In this document: positions 9,287 to 18,615 of the stretch, in pieces
Position numbering within the stretch: position 1 is the stretch's first letter
Layout of the letters: the number at the start of each line of letters is the position of its first letter
From: Myxococcales bacterium
GTDB taxonomy: Bacteria > Myxococcota_A > Polyangia > Fen-1088
Assembly (NCBI GenBank): GCA_003157775.1
Contig: PMKP01000350.1
Location: forward strand, 2,741 to 66,740
Direction of reading: 5' to 3'
DNA: 64,000 nucleotides
Position numbers and translations under genes: made by a program
Notes under the pieces: generated by a model
Database searches by the model: none
The model's input: only the letters and a program-made list of their open reading frames with translations
Told to the model about the DNA's origin: nothing

Positions 9287-10674
9287 TTCTTCGTCACATC
9301 CACCCCGGCGACACGAGTCAGGCTGGCGACGGCGATGTTGCAGTCGTAAAGGGCCTGCAGGCAGCGGGTGTGGGCCTGGAAGAAAGCCAGCAACGCGTCG
9401 GAGAAGTCCTTGGTCTCGGCCAGTCCCACGGAAATGTTCTGCATGACGGCCGCGATCCATTGCCGCGCGGCCTTCTCGCCCTTCTGCACGCTCTTGAGCC
9501 GCTGGTCGGCTTCCTTCATTTCGGTATAGGCCTTCTCCACTTCGAAGCCGATTCCGCCGAGAGCCTCGTTGCGCCGCAACTCGGCCTCCCGAGCTTCTGC
9601 GCGCAGACGGTGGGCGTGCGCGTTCTTCACGAAGAGATCGAGGGGCATGCGGAACGCAGCCGCCAGCCCCACGCCAGAGGTGTTGAATGGGTTGTTGGCA
9701 AAGGCGTTTGTCGGGTGATCGATCGAGCTCGCGTAGGCGTAGGTGGCGGTGCCCACCAACACCAAGTCAGGATACTGGCGGCGCCATTCCAGGTCAGCCA
9801 GGGCACGCTTGGCCGCGACCATCTGATCAATCGCCTTGACCTCGGGGCGGTAGCAGCGCGCCAGATCGTTGTACGACGCGAGTTCGCGCGCAGGTACATC
9901 CAGCTCTTCCAACGGCGCATCGTCCACATCGAGATCAGCCGGCGCGCTGGGCCCGATGAGGGTGCGCAGGCCAGCCCTGGCCAGATCGGCCCCGCGCCGC
10001 GCTTCCAGCACACGCGCTTCGATGTCTGCGTGCATGGTGCGCAAGCGCAGGCGGTCGGCCACCGATGCATTACCCGAGCCCTCGGCCAGCTCCTCGTCGA
10101 TCTTCTTCTGGGCGTCGTTCAGATACTCCAGGCCCTCATCGAGCATGCTCAGCAGCTCGCGTGCCAGCTTGGCGCCCCAGTACGCCTTGCGAACGTTCAG
10201 TTCCACGTCGGCCACCTGGCCTGATTCCTTGCCACGCGAAGCAGCTAAGCCCAGGTCAGCCGCATCGATCCCGGCCGAGATCTTGCCGAAGGTGTAGATA
10301 GGCTGGACCAACTTGATCTCAGTACGAGTGAAGACGCCGCGCAGATCGGTGATGGCGGCGAAGGTCTGCGAGGGCTGAAAGGACAGATTCGTCAGCGTGC
10401 AATCGACATTTTCGCAATAGATCTTGGGAACCGGAGCCACGGTTGATGACAAGTCGCCAGTGGGCCAGTAACTCCGGTGCGCTTCCAACGCTTGAGCTTC
10501 GACGCCTGCGGTGACCTGTGCGTTGGCAGCCAGACCGGGGTTCCCCTTTCTGGCCATGTCCAGCAGCTCATCGAGCTTGTAGGCCTTTGCCTGGGCAACG
10601 CCAGCCAGAAGGAGGCTGGTGCTTGCGCACAAGCAAGCGGCAACTGCAGAACCAGAGAAACGATGTGTTTTCAT
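9283..10674 (-). CDS. TolC family outer-membrane efflux protein
   Basis: Signal peptide MKTHRFSGSAVAACLCASTSLLLAGVAQA and two TolC-type repeats with coiled-coil segments. The track ORF extends to 10725; the start was moved to the Met that begins the signal peptide. Confidence 0.75.
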   Translation of the reverse strand: MKTHRFSGSAVAACLCASTSLLLAGVAQAKAYKLDELLDMARKGNPGLAANAQVTAGVEAQALEAHRSYWPTGDLSSTVAPVPKIYCENVDCTLTNLSFQPSQTFAAITDLRGVFTRTEIKLVQPIYTFGKISAGIDAADLGLAASRGKESGQVADVELNVRKAYWGAKLARELLSMLDEGLEYLNDAQKKIDEELAEGSGNASVADRLRLRTMHADIEARVLEARRGADLARAGLRTLIGPSAPADLDVDDAPLEELDVPARELASYNDLARCYRPEVKAIDQMVAAKRALADLEWRRQYPDLVLVGTATYAYASSIDHPTNAFANNPFNTSGVGLAAAFRMPLDLFVKNAHAHRLRAEAREAELRRNEALGGIGFEVEKAYTEMKEADQRLKSVQKGEKAARQWIAAVMQNISVGLAETKDFSDALLAFFQAHTRCLQALYDCNIAVASLTRVAGVDVTKN

Positions 10675-10845
10675 GGTGGGGACAGAGTGAAAGGTCGACG
10701 GGTTTGACCTGGGCCCGGCGGGCATGCTACCGCAAACCGCGGGCGGACAGTCAAGAAGCCTTCATTGCGCTCTTCCGTGGCGATCTCGCGACGTGCCCGT
10801 TTGAGGGTGTAAGGTGGTGGGGTCCCACGGCACTAGAATACTGGT

Positions 10846-11430
10846 TTGATGGCTCACAACCCGATCTCCGACGATGGCTTGGCGGCAACGCACGCCGCCT
10901 GCGTCGAGGAACGCCGGTTGGAAACCCTTGACCAGCTCTACGAAACCTACGAGCCGTCAGTCGAGCGCTGGGTGCGCCGTCTGGCCGGGCCAGGTGCCGA
11001 AGTGGAAGATCTGGTGCACGACGTGTTCCTGGTCGCCCTGCGGAGGCGGCACGAGTTTCGCGGCGACGCCAAGCTCTCGACCTGGCTGTTTCGCATCACC
11101 GAACGGATCGTGCGCAAACGCGTTTTTCGTCGGCGAGTGCGCGGTTTCCTCAACCTGGTCTTTCGCGACAACACGATTGCGCTTTCGCCTGCCAGCCCGA
11201 CACCGCTTGAAGAACTGGAGCGCCGCCAGCAGTGTGCGCTGCTGTACGCCGCCCTGGATCGCCTGCCTGAGAAGTACCGTACGCCTGTCATCATGTTCGA
11301 TATCGACGGCCGTTCAGCCGCAGAAGTGGCAACCCTGCTGGGAATCAAGACCAACACCGTCTGGGTAAGGGTGCACCGCGCGCGGGCTCGGCTTTTCAAT
11401 GACCTGTCGGCCGAGGGCAATATTCCATGA
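10846..11430 (+). CDS. RNA polymerase sigma-70 factor, ECF subfamily
   Basis: Region 2 (VHDVFLVALRRRHEFRGDAKLSTWLFRITERIV) and region 4 HTH (DIDGRSAAEVATLLGIKTNTVWVRVHRAR). Confidence 0.85.
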   Translation: MMAHNPISDDGLAATHAACVEERRLETLDQLYETYEPSVERWVRRLAGPGAEVEDLVHDVFLVALRRRHEFRGDAKLSTWLFRITERIVRKRVFRRRVRGFLNLVFRDNTIALSPASPTPLEELERRQQCALLYAALDRLPEKYRTPVIMFDIDGRSAAEVATLLGIKTNTVWVRVHRARARLFNDLSAEGNIP

Positions 11431-12731
11431 GGACTGGAAGCAAGACGACCGATTCAGCGACGGACCGGCACCTGGGACCGCTCGCATCCTTCATGCGCGC
11501 TGCTGAGCCGCTGGAAGAGCTGAGCGCAGGAGAGCGCGAGAGAATCAGACACCGACTGCACGCGGCGGTTGCTACCAGCCACCGTGCGGCGGCAGGATTT
11601 CGCTGGTCCACAGCGCTGGCAGCCTTGGGCCTGCTGCTGGCTGGCGGTGCGGTGTTTGCGGCGGCTGGCCACTTCGGGCTCATTCCCTGGCCGCGCGAAA
11701 CCAAGCTGCAATCCGAGAGCGAGCCGGCAGGCAGTTCGGCGCGACGGCGCCCAGCGCGAGCCGTTCGGCTCAAGTCCGCCGTCGCGTCTTCGCCGACTGG
11801 GACGGTCAATGAGGGGGACGCACCAGTACCAGAAGAAATCCCGGCGGTCGCGCAGCCACCTGTGGCCGAGCCTGCTTTGGCGCCGCCTTCCTCCGCACCC
11901 ATCGCGCCGGAGGCTGCTCCCCCTCTGGCTGTGTTCGCGCCTGCCCTTTCCAAGCAGCAAGCGGCGCGGGCTGTCCGAGCGTCCCATGTCGCGCCGGCTC
12001 CTGCGCCGGGAGCCGCGACGAACCGGCAGGCCGTGCTTGGCGAGACGCCGCGGAGTCCATCCATGTTGGCGATTGCAGCGCCGGCGATTGCGCCGCCACC
12101 TGCGGCCGAGCCCGGCCTGGCGCCACCTTCCTCCGACAGGCTCGTCGCGCAGGAGGCTTCCCGCGTGGCCATGTTGGCGCCTGCTGCTTCTCCTGCCCGA
12201 GTGTCGCGTCTCACGCCGGCTCCGGCGTCTGCGCCGAAAGCCGCAACCAGCGGGCAGGCCATGCTTGGCCAGGCGCTGCGGAGCCTGCGCAACGAGCACG
12301 ACCCGGCATCTGCGCTCGACGTTTTGGCCAGGCACGCGGCCCTGTTCCCGCAAAGCCCGCTGGCCAGCGAGCGCTCAGTGCTGGAGGTCGAGGCGCTGCT
12401 GGCCCTGGGCCGCCGCGATGAGGCTCTGCTTCGCCTCGATGGGATGTCGCTCGACAATACCCCGCGCAGCGCTGAACGCCACGTGGTGCGCGGTGAACTG
12501 CGCGCGCGGGCGCAGCGGTGGCGCGAGGCTGCCGCGGATTTTGACCAGGCCCTGGCTCACGCAAGCGGGACTTCGGCTTGGCAGGAGCGCGCCCTGTGGG
12601 GCCGCGCGGTGGCCCGCATGCGTGTTGGAGACGAGGTGGCCGCCCGCGCCGACTTGCAGCTCTACCTGGGGCTCTATCCCACAGGACGTTTCGCGTCCGA
12701 GGCAGCGCGCTTGTTGGCGGCCAAACGATGA
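11427..12731 (+). CDS. anti-sigma factor-like membrane protein with Pro/Ala-rich repeats and C-terminal TPR
   Basis: ATGA overlap with the ECF sigma gene. Single TM helix (ALAALGLLLAGGAVFAAAG), two ~75-aa internal P/A-rich repeats, and C-terminal TPR-like helices. Confidence 0.6.
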   Translation: MRTGSKTTDSATDRHLGPLASFMRAAEPLEELSAGERERIRHRLHAAVATSHRAAAGFRWSTALAALGLLLAGGAVFAAAGHFGLIPWPRETKLQSESEPAGSSARRRPARAVRLKSAVASSPTGTVNEGDAPVPEEIPAVAQPPVAEPALAPPSSAPIAPEAAPPLAVFAPALSKQQAARAVRASHVAPAPAPGAATNRQAVLGETPRSPSMLAIAAPAIAPPPAAEPGLAPPSSDRLVAQEASRVAMLAPAASPARVSRLTPAPASAPKAATSGQAMLGQALRSLRNEHDPASALDVLARHAALFPQSPLASERSVLEVEALLALGRRDEALLRLDGMSLDNTPRSAERHVVRGELRARAQRWREAAADFDQALAHASGTSAWQERALWGRAVARMRVGDEVAARADLQLYLGLYPTGRFASEAARLLAAKR

Positions 12732-13660
12732 AATCGGCCACCTGTGTGGTGGCGCTCGCTGCGCTGTGCTTGGCGGCGATGTCTGCGGAAGCCGCGCCGT
12801 TGATCACCAGCGATTCGGATTGCCCGTCGGCGGGTGACGTCAGAGCGCGCCTGGCGGGCCTGTGGTCATGGGACAATCTAGCTTCGATCGCAGCCCATAT
12901 CCGCGTCGAGGTTGGGCAGATGACGGTAGAGCTCGTCAGCGAGAGCGAGCCCGCGGCCAGTCGTGTCTTGCCCGTCGAGCCCGACTGCGAGTCGCGCGCC
13001 CAGGCCGCAGCCTTGGTCATCGCGGCCTGGCTCGACACCATGACTGCGGACTCACTCGGGCTGGCTGTGCCAGTCGCAGTGCCGCCCGCTGGGCCAACCG
13101 GCCCGTGGGTTCGAGTGCCGGTCAGCGAGAGGCCTTTGCCGGCGCAGGCGCGGCTTTGGTTGGGCGTGGGCGCTCTTGCTTCTGGCGACGCGCGGGGCGC
13201 AGGCGCGGTCCTGTCCGGGGAGGCCGCGTGGCTGCGGCTGGCCGGCCGGTTCGGGCTCTTGGCCGAGCTTTCGTTCCCACTCCCGCGCGAAATGAGCGTG
13301 GGCCAGGGCACCGCACGCTGGTGGCGCCCGGTACTAGCGCTGGCACTGCGCGCTCCCCTGACCCAGGGCACTTGGATTTTCGACGGAGGCGTCGGACCTG
13401 CCTGCGGATTGCTCGTGGTAGCGGGCAGCGGGTTCGACCAGAATCACACCGACGTGGCCGTGTCCTGGGGAGCGACCGCCGGGCTACGGCTGGCGCACAG
13501 GAGCCGAAGCAGGTGGGCCTATTGGGCCGAGCTGCGAATGTTGCTCTGGCCAGCCGCTCAGAACATTCGCAACGACGTCACGGGGTCGGCTTCACGCCTT
13601 GCGGCCCTGCCGCGCATCGAGGCTCAGCTTGGCCTGGGCTTGAGTTTCGGTGTCTTTTAG
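12728..13660 (+). CDS. secreted protein, probable outer-membrane beta-barrel (ends ...LSFGVF)
   Basis: ATGA overlap with the upstream gene. Signal peptide MKSATCVVALAALCLAAMSAEA. Alternating hydrophobic strands and a C-terminal Phe typical of OMP barrels. Confidence 0.5.
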   Translation: MKSATCVVALAALCLAAMSAEAAPLITSDSDCPSAGDVRARLAGLWSWDNLASIAAHIRVEVGQMTVELVSESEPAASRVLPVEPDCESRAQAAALVIAAWLDTMTADSLGLAVPVAVPPAGPTGPWVRVPVSERPLPAQARLWLGVGALASGDARGAGAVLSGEAAWLRLAGRFGLLAELSFPLPREMSVGQGTARWWRPVLALALRAPLTQGTWIFDGGVGPACGLLVVAGSGFDQNHTDVAVSWGATAGLRLAHRSRSRWAYWAELRMLLWPAAQNIRNDVTGSASRLAALPRIEAQLGLGLSFGVF

Positions 13661-13821
13661 ATGTTGGTTGTAAGGTTGATCGGCATTCCGGGACTAGAAC
13701 GATCATGACAAACCACACTCGCTCCGATATTGGAACCCTGAAAGGGTTCGCTTCGCCCTTCGGCCCCCCACCCACCACCCCCACCCCGCTCGCTTCGCTC
13801 GGCCTCGCCATCCCTCCCACG

Positions 13822-15510
13822 ATGGTGGGCCGCCGGCGAAGCCGGCGGGCTCCCCACGCGACTGGCGAAGTTTCATTGGCCGCGCTCCTGCTCGCAGGGC
13901 TCTCGGCAGCATGTACGTCCGAGCCATTGGCAGGCACCAGCTTGCCCCCTCCAGACGGCGGTGCTAGCAGTGATGCCGTGTCCACCGGGGGCATGCCGGT
14001 GATGCCACTCGACGCCGCCCAACCGGGCGCGGGTGGGGCGGGCGGCGGTACAACCTCCACCGGGGGCATGCCGGTGATGCCACTCGACGCCGCCCAACCG
14101 AGCGTGGGTGGGGCCAGAGGCAGTACAACCTCCACCGGGGGCATGACGGTCATGCCACCCGACGCCGCCCCAACCGCTTCCAGCCCGGTTCAACTCGATG
14201 TCCTGTTCATGGTCGACAACTCCCCTTCGATGGACCCCAAGCAGGCGCGCCTGGCCGCGAACTTTCCCCTTTTCATTCAGCAACTGCAGCAGCTTCCCGG
14301 CGGGTTGCCTGACGTCCACATCGGTGTGATCAGCAGCGACATGGGGGCTGGATCGGAGCCCATCGGGCAAAACTGCCAGAGGATCCTGGGCGACCGGGGC
14401 CTCCTGTATGGGAACGATCCAAACAATCCGCTCGCGTCGGTCGCGCCCACTGCTGATCCAACCCAGGGAGGTCACCCGCAAATCAATGGGTGTGGCCTGC
14501 ACTCGGGCCAACGCTGGATCTCAGATGTGGCGGATCAAAACGGGAACGGGCGGATAAAGAACTACGACGGAAATATCCAGGACGTCTTCTCTTGCCTGGC
14601 CACGGCCGTGGGAACCAGTGGCTGCGGGTTCGAGCATCAACTGCAATCGCTTCGCGTGGCACTCAGCGCCGACTATCCTGATCGTCCCAGCGATCCCGCT
14701 AATATCATCAACCCAGAAGACATAGGCTTTGTACGGCCAAATGCCTATCTGGGGATTGTTCTCGTTACCGACGAGGATGACTGCTCGGCGGACCCCGACG
14801 ACATAATCAACGATGGGATGTTCCTGGAGACCCAACAGATTCCGACCGAAACCGCCAGTCTGCGCTGCGCGGCGCGCGGCCATCTCTGCGGCGGTCAGCC
14901 GATTCCTGGCTACGCGGACCCGTTGATAGGCTACGTACCTCCGAACCCCCTTCCGGCGCCCGGCATTGGCTTCACACACGCTTTTGCCGACTGCGCGCCC
15001 AAGGACCAGCCCAACCCCGCCACCGGCCAGACGGACCCCCACTGGCTTCCGCTCATCAGAGTCCAGGATATGATCGACAGCGTCAACGGGATAACCGTCT
15101 GGGCCGTCGACGCGATCGGCAATTACGTCTACCAAACAGGTCCCAATGGCCCCAGCCATGTCTCGCTCCGGAAGGCGCCCGACAAGATTCTCGTAGCAGG
15201 CATCTTCGGCTGGCCCGAGAGCGGAGACCCGACCGGCATCAACTACCAGATTGGCATAGACACCACGTCGCTTCCTGTCCCGCAGAACACCTACTGGGAC
15301 TACATGCCCATCTGCATGGTTCGAACGATCGTTACCGTCCCTGGCGGCAACATCTACAAGGCATATGGCGGACTTCGTCTGAAGAAGTTCGTCGACGCTT
15401 ATGGAGACAACGGCGCTGTGTACAGCATCTGCGATGAGGATTTTTCGCCCGCCATGCAGGGGTTTGGCATGAAGCTGTACAACAAGCTGGCCGCGGCCAC
15501 GTCGCACTAG
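13822..15510 (+). CDS. lipoprotein with vWA-like MIDAS motif and tandem 26-aa repeats
   Basis: Lipobox LLLAGLSAAC. DVLFMVDNSPSM carries a DxSxS MIDAS motif. Three STGGMPVMPLDAAQP...GG...TT repeats. The track ORF 12862-15510 is a 5' over-extension overlapping the upstream gene. Confidence 0.55.
   Translation: MVGRRRSRRAPHATGEVSLAALLLAGLSAACTSEPLAGTSLPPPDGGASSDAVSTGGMPVMPLDAAQPGAGGAGGGTTSTGGMPVMPLDAAQPSVGGARGSTTSTGGMTVMPPDAAPTASSPVQLDVLFMVDNSPSMDPKQARLAANFPLFIQQLQQLPGGLPDVHIGVISSDMGAGSEPIGQNCQRILGDRGLLYGNDPNNPLASVAPTADPTQGGHPQINGCGLHSGQRWISDVADQNGNGRIKNYDGNIQDVFSCLATAVGTSGCGFEHQLQSLRVALSADYPDRPSDPANIINPEDIGFVRPNAYLGIVLVTDEDDCSADPDDIINDGMFLETQQIPTETASLRCAARGHLCGGQPIPGYADPLIGYVPPNPLPAPGIGFTHAFADCAPKDQPNPATGQTDPHWLPLIRVQDMIDSVNGITVWAVDAIGNYVYQTGPNGPSHVSLRKAPDKILVAGIFGWPESGDPTGINYQIGIDTTSLPVPQNTYWDYMPICMVRTIVTVPGGNIYKAYGGLRLKKFVDAYGDNGAVYSICDEDFSPAMQGFGMKLYNKLAAATSH
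13975..14170 (+). repeat. in-frame tandem repeat (about 78-nt period, about 2.5 copies) inside the vWA lipoprotein gene
   Basis: ccaccgggggcatgccggtgatgccactcgacgccgcccaaccg... repeated; encodes STGGMPVMPLDAAQP. Confidence 0.7.
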
Positions 15511-15529
15511 CTTCCAGAAATGGCCTCCT

Positions 15530-15551
15530 GGGCGCGACCTGCCGGTCGCCC
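15530..15551. repeat. degenerate REP-like hairpin (GGGCGCGACC-TGCC-GGTCGCCC)
   Basis: Imperfect copy of the palindrome family, 20 nt after the stop of the vWA lipoprotein gene. Confidence 0.4.
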
Positions 15552-15637
15552 ATGGCCGTGCACGGGTAGAGGTCGCCATGCTGCGCATGGCGGCCTCGCT
15601 TGACATCCGGAGCTAGTTTCCCAATAGTGGCTCCCGC

Positions 15638-15808
15638 ATGGGAAAGCACGACAATCGCCGTTCGAAGAAGATGCGCCAACGCGTAAGCCAGAAGAAGTAC
15701 AAGCTGCGCCTCAAGAAGCAGAAGGCCGAGCGCCGAGCTGCCCGCGGAACGCCAGCCAAGGCCCCGCGAAAGCCACGGTCTGCGGCACCCGCGCCCGCCA
15801 AGGAATAG
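15638..15808 (+). CDS. small highly basic protein (56 aa), candidate unannotated ORF
   Basis: MGKHDNRRSKKMRQRVSQKKYKLRLKKQKAERRAARGTPAKAPRKPRSAAPAPAKE. Below the track's 60-aa cut-off. Sits 30 nt upstream of mutS. Confidence 0.35.
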   Translation: MGKHDNRRSKKMRQRVSQKKYKLRLKKQKAERRAARGTPAKAPRKPRSAAPAPAKE

Positions 15809-15840
15809 TCTTTCGCCGGGCCTCCGCCCAGAGAGGTCGC

Positions 15841-18606
15841 ATGAGCGGCGAGATGGATAGCGGCGCGAAAGGGGCTGGGCCCTTGCCGGATGCGCCTGTT
15901 GGGCCGGGTGATCAGGGCACCACTGCGCTCATGCGCCAGTACCTTGAGGTCAAGGCGCAGTATCCCGATGCGATCGTGTTCTTTCGCCTCGGGGACTTCT
16001 ACGAGATGTTCTACGAGGACGCGATCTACGCGTCTCGCGTGCTTTCGCTCACCCAGACCACCCGCGACAGAGGCAAGGAGAATCCGGTGCCCATGTGCGG
16101 GGTACCGCACCACTCCGCGCGCGGCTACATCGCCCGACTGACCGAGCTGGGCCATCGGGTGGCCATCTGCGAGCAGTTGGAAGACCCCAAGCTGGTCAAG
16201 GGCTTGGTCAAGCGCGGCGTGGTTCGCATCATCACGCCGGGGGTGATTCTCGACGAAGAATCGCTCGAACCGCGCGCGCCCAACTACGTGGCGGCAGTGG
16301 CCGGCGACAACCGCGAGGGGTTCGGCCTGGCCTTTATCGACGTGACCACCGGCGACTTTCGCGCCACCGAGGCTGCCACGACCGAGGGTCTGCTCGACGA
16401 GTTGGCCCGCGTAGATCCGCGCGAGATCCTTCTGCCGCGGGGACGAGGCGAGCTGGCGGCACTCATTCGGCGCGCCTACCCGCGCATGGCGCAGACCCCG
16501 GTCAACATCGACGACGAGCCCGAGCCACTTTCCGCACTGGCCGACGGGCTGGGCCCTGGGTTACAGCGGGACGCGCTTGCCCGCGCTCCGCAGGCCAGCC
16601 TGGCTGCCAGCCGGGTGCTGCGCTACGTGCGCGCGACCCAGCTATCGGCGCCCCTGCCCGTGGTGCGCCTCGAGCTTTTTCGGCGCGACGAGTTCCTGGT
16701 CATTGACGAGCAGGCGCGCTCGCACTTGGAGCTCACCGAGACCATGCTGGAGCGCAAGCGAGCAGGCTCCCTGCTCGATACCATGGACGTCACCGCCACT
16801 GCCATGGGCGCCCGGCTCTTGCGTCGCTGGCTGCTCTTTCCGTTGCTCGACATTGCCTGCATTCGGCGCCGCCACGATGCCATCGAACGACTAGTTGAGA
16901 AACAATCGGCACGCGAAGCCAGCCGCAAGATCCTCTCGGAGCTGGGCGACATCGAGCGGCTGGTGAGCCGCGCGCGCCTGGGCGTGGCCAGTCCGCGCGA
17001 TCTGGTCGCGCTGGGCCGCTCGTTGCAGCAGTTGCCCGATCTGGGGGCGGCCCTGCAGCAGGCCGTCGATCCGATGGCGGCGCTTGCGGCGGCCGGCACA
17101 GGAGCCGACCTGCTCGACCTGGGCCAGGATCTCGCGCAGGACATCGCCGATCGCATTGTCGCCACGCTGGAGGACAACGCGCCCGCCATCACCAAGGATG
17201 GCGGGTTCATCCGGGCCGGGGTATCGACCGAGCTGGACGAGCTGCGCGCTGTCTCCTCGGGCGGGCGCGACCAGATTGCGGCCATCGAGGCGCGTGAGCG
17301 CGAGCGCACCGGGATCGCCTCGCTCAAGGTCAAGTACAACAGCGTGTTCGGCTACTACATCGAGATCACGCGCGCTCACCTGGCCAACGTGCCCGCGGAC
17401 TACACCCGCAAGCAGACCGTGGCCAATGCCGAGCGTTTCGTCACCGCCGAGTTGGCTGACTATGAAGCCAAGATCCTGGGCGCGGACGAGCGCCGGGTGG
17501 CGCTGGAGCTGGCGCTTTTTTCAAGCTTGCGCGATGAGGTGGGCGCGGCCGCCTGGCGGGTGTTGGCGGTGGCCGGCCGCATAGCTGCGGCTGACGTGGT
17601 CGCGGCTCTGGCCGAGCAGGCCCACCGCCACAGCTATTGCCGGCCCGTCGTCGACGATTCGGAGGTGTTGGAGTTTTGTGACAGCCGGCACCCGGTGGTG
17701 GAACGTCTGGCGGCCACCGGCGGCTTCGTGCCCAATGACCTGCGCCTGGATACCGAGCGCGACCAGATCTTGATCGTGACCGGGCCGAACATGGCGGGCA
17801 AGTCCACCCTGATTCGCCAGGCCGCCCTGTCGGTGATCCTGGCTCAGGCGGGTAGTTTCGTGCCCGCGCGCGCGGCGCGCATCGGCCTGTGCGACCGCGT
17901 GTTCACCCGGGTGGGCGCCGGCGACAACCTGGCGCGCGGCGAATCCACCTTCCTGTTGGAGATGCGCGAGACCGCGCACATCCTGCGCCACGCGACCCGC
18001 AAGAGCCTGATCATCCTCGATGAGATCGGGCGCGGGACTTCGACCTACGACGGCGTGTCCATCGCCTGGGCCGTGGCCGAGCACCTGCACGATGTGGTCG
18101 GCGCGCGCACCCTGTTTGCCACCCACTATCACGAGCTGTGCGATCTGGTCGATTCACACCCGCGCGTGCACAACGTCAGCGTGGCTGCGCGCGAATGGAA
18201 GGGCGAGGTCGTCTTTCTACGCAAGCTGACCCCGGGCGGAACCAGCCGGTCTTTCGGCATCGAGGTGGCCAAGCTGGCCGGCCTGCCGCCCGCGGTAGTG
18301 GGGCGCGCCCGCGCCATTCTCGAGCGCTTGCAGCTTGGCGCCTCCAGCCCGCGCCGGCCGGACGAGCCGCACCCTGCGTTGCCTGGCCAGGGCGAAGCGC
18401 CCCAACTTGGGCTGTTCGAGCCGCGCGGGCAGAAGTCCGGGGTGGGTTCGTCGAGCGCAGTGCTGGACGCAGATGCCGGAGCGGAGCGGGAGGTCGTGGC
18501 CGCGCTGCGGGCCGCCGATCTCGACGGCCTGTCGCCTCGTGCTGCCTGGGATCTGTTGGCCGAATTGCGAAAGAAATTGACGGATGGCCGTTCCGGCCGT
18601 CCATGA
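15841..18606 (+). CDS. mutS: DNA mismatch repair protein MutS
   Basis: GDFYEMFYEDA mismatch-binding motif, Walker A TGPNMAGKST, STFLLEM and DEIGRGTSTYDG motifs. 921 aa. Confidence 0.95.
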   Translation: MSGEMDSGAKGAGPLPDAPVGPGDQGTTALMRQYLEVKAQYPDAIVFFRLGDFYEMFYEDAIYASRVLSLTQTTRDRGKENPVPMCGVPHHSARGYIARLTELGHRVAICEQLEDPKLVKGLVKRGVVRIITPGVILDEESLEPRAPNYVAAVAGDNREGFGLAFIDVTTGDFRATEAATTEGLLDELARVDPREILLPRGRGELAALIRRAYPRMAQTPVNIDDEPEPLSALADGLGPGLQRDALARAPQASLAASRVLRYVRATQLSAPLPVVRLELFRRDEFLVIDEQARSHLELTETMLERKRAGSLLDTMDVTATAMGARLLRRWLLFPLLDIACIRRRHDAIERLVEKQSAREASRKILSELGDIERLVSRARLGVASPRDLVALGRSLQQLPDLGAALQQAVDPMAALAAAGTGADLLDLGQDLAQDIADRIVATLEDNAPAITKDGGFIRAGVSTELDELRAVSSGGRDQIAAIEARERERTGIASLKVKYNSVFGYYIEITRAHLANVPADYTRKQTVANAERFVTAELADYEAKILGADERRVALELALFSSLRDEVGAAAWRVLAVAGRIAAADVVAALAEQAHRHSYCRPVVDDSEVLEFCDSRHPVVERLAATGGFVPNDLRLDTERDQILIVTGPNMAGKSTLIRQAALSVILAQAGSFVPARAARIGLCDRVFTRVGAGDNLARGESTFLLEMRETAHILRHATRKSLIILDEIGRGTSTYDGVSIAWAVAEHLHDVVGARTLFATHYHELCDLVDSHPRVHNVSVAAREWKGEVVFLRKLTPGGTSRSFGIEVAKLAGLPPAVVGRARAILERLQLGASSPRRPDEPHPALPGQGEAPQLGLFEPRGQKSGVGSSSAVLDADAGAEREVVAALRAADLDGLSPRAAWDLLAELRKKLTDGRSGRP

Positions 18607-18615
18607 TTAGGTGTC

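Noticed and set aside
12862-13821. 5' part of the track ORF 12862-15510 (882 aa)
   Set aside because: It overlaps the ATGA-coupled signal-peptide gene 12728-13660 in another frame. The lipoprotein signal (LLLAGLSAAC) begins at the Met at 13822, which is taken as the true start.
13975-14170. Tandem repeats here, at 21480-21800 (TSP3 repeats) and at 47560-48060 (TGG linker) considered as possible CRISPR arrays
   Set aside because: The repeats are in-frame, encode recognisable peptide repeats, lack unique spacers of constant length, and no cas genes are present.
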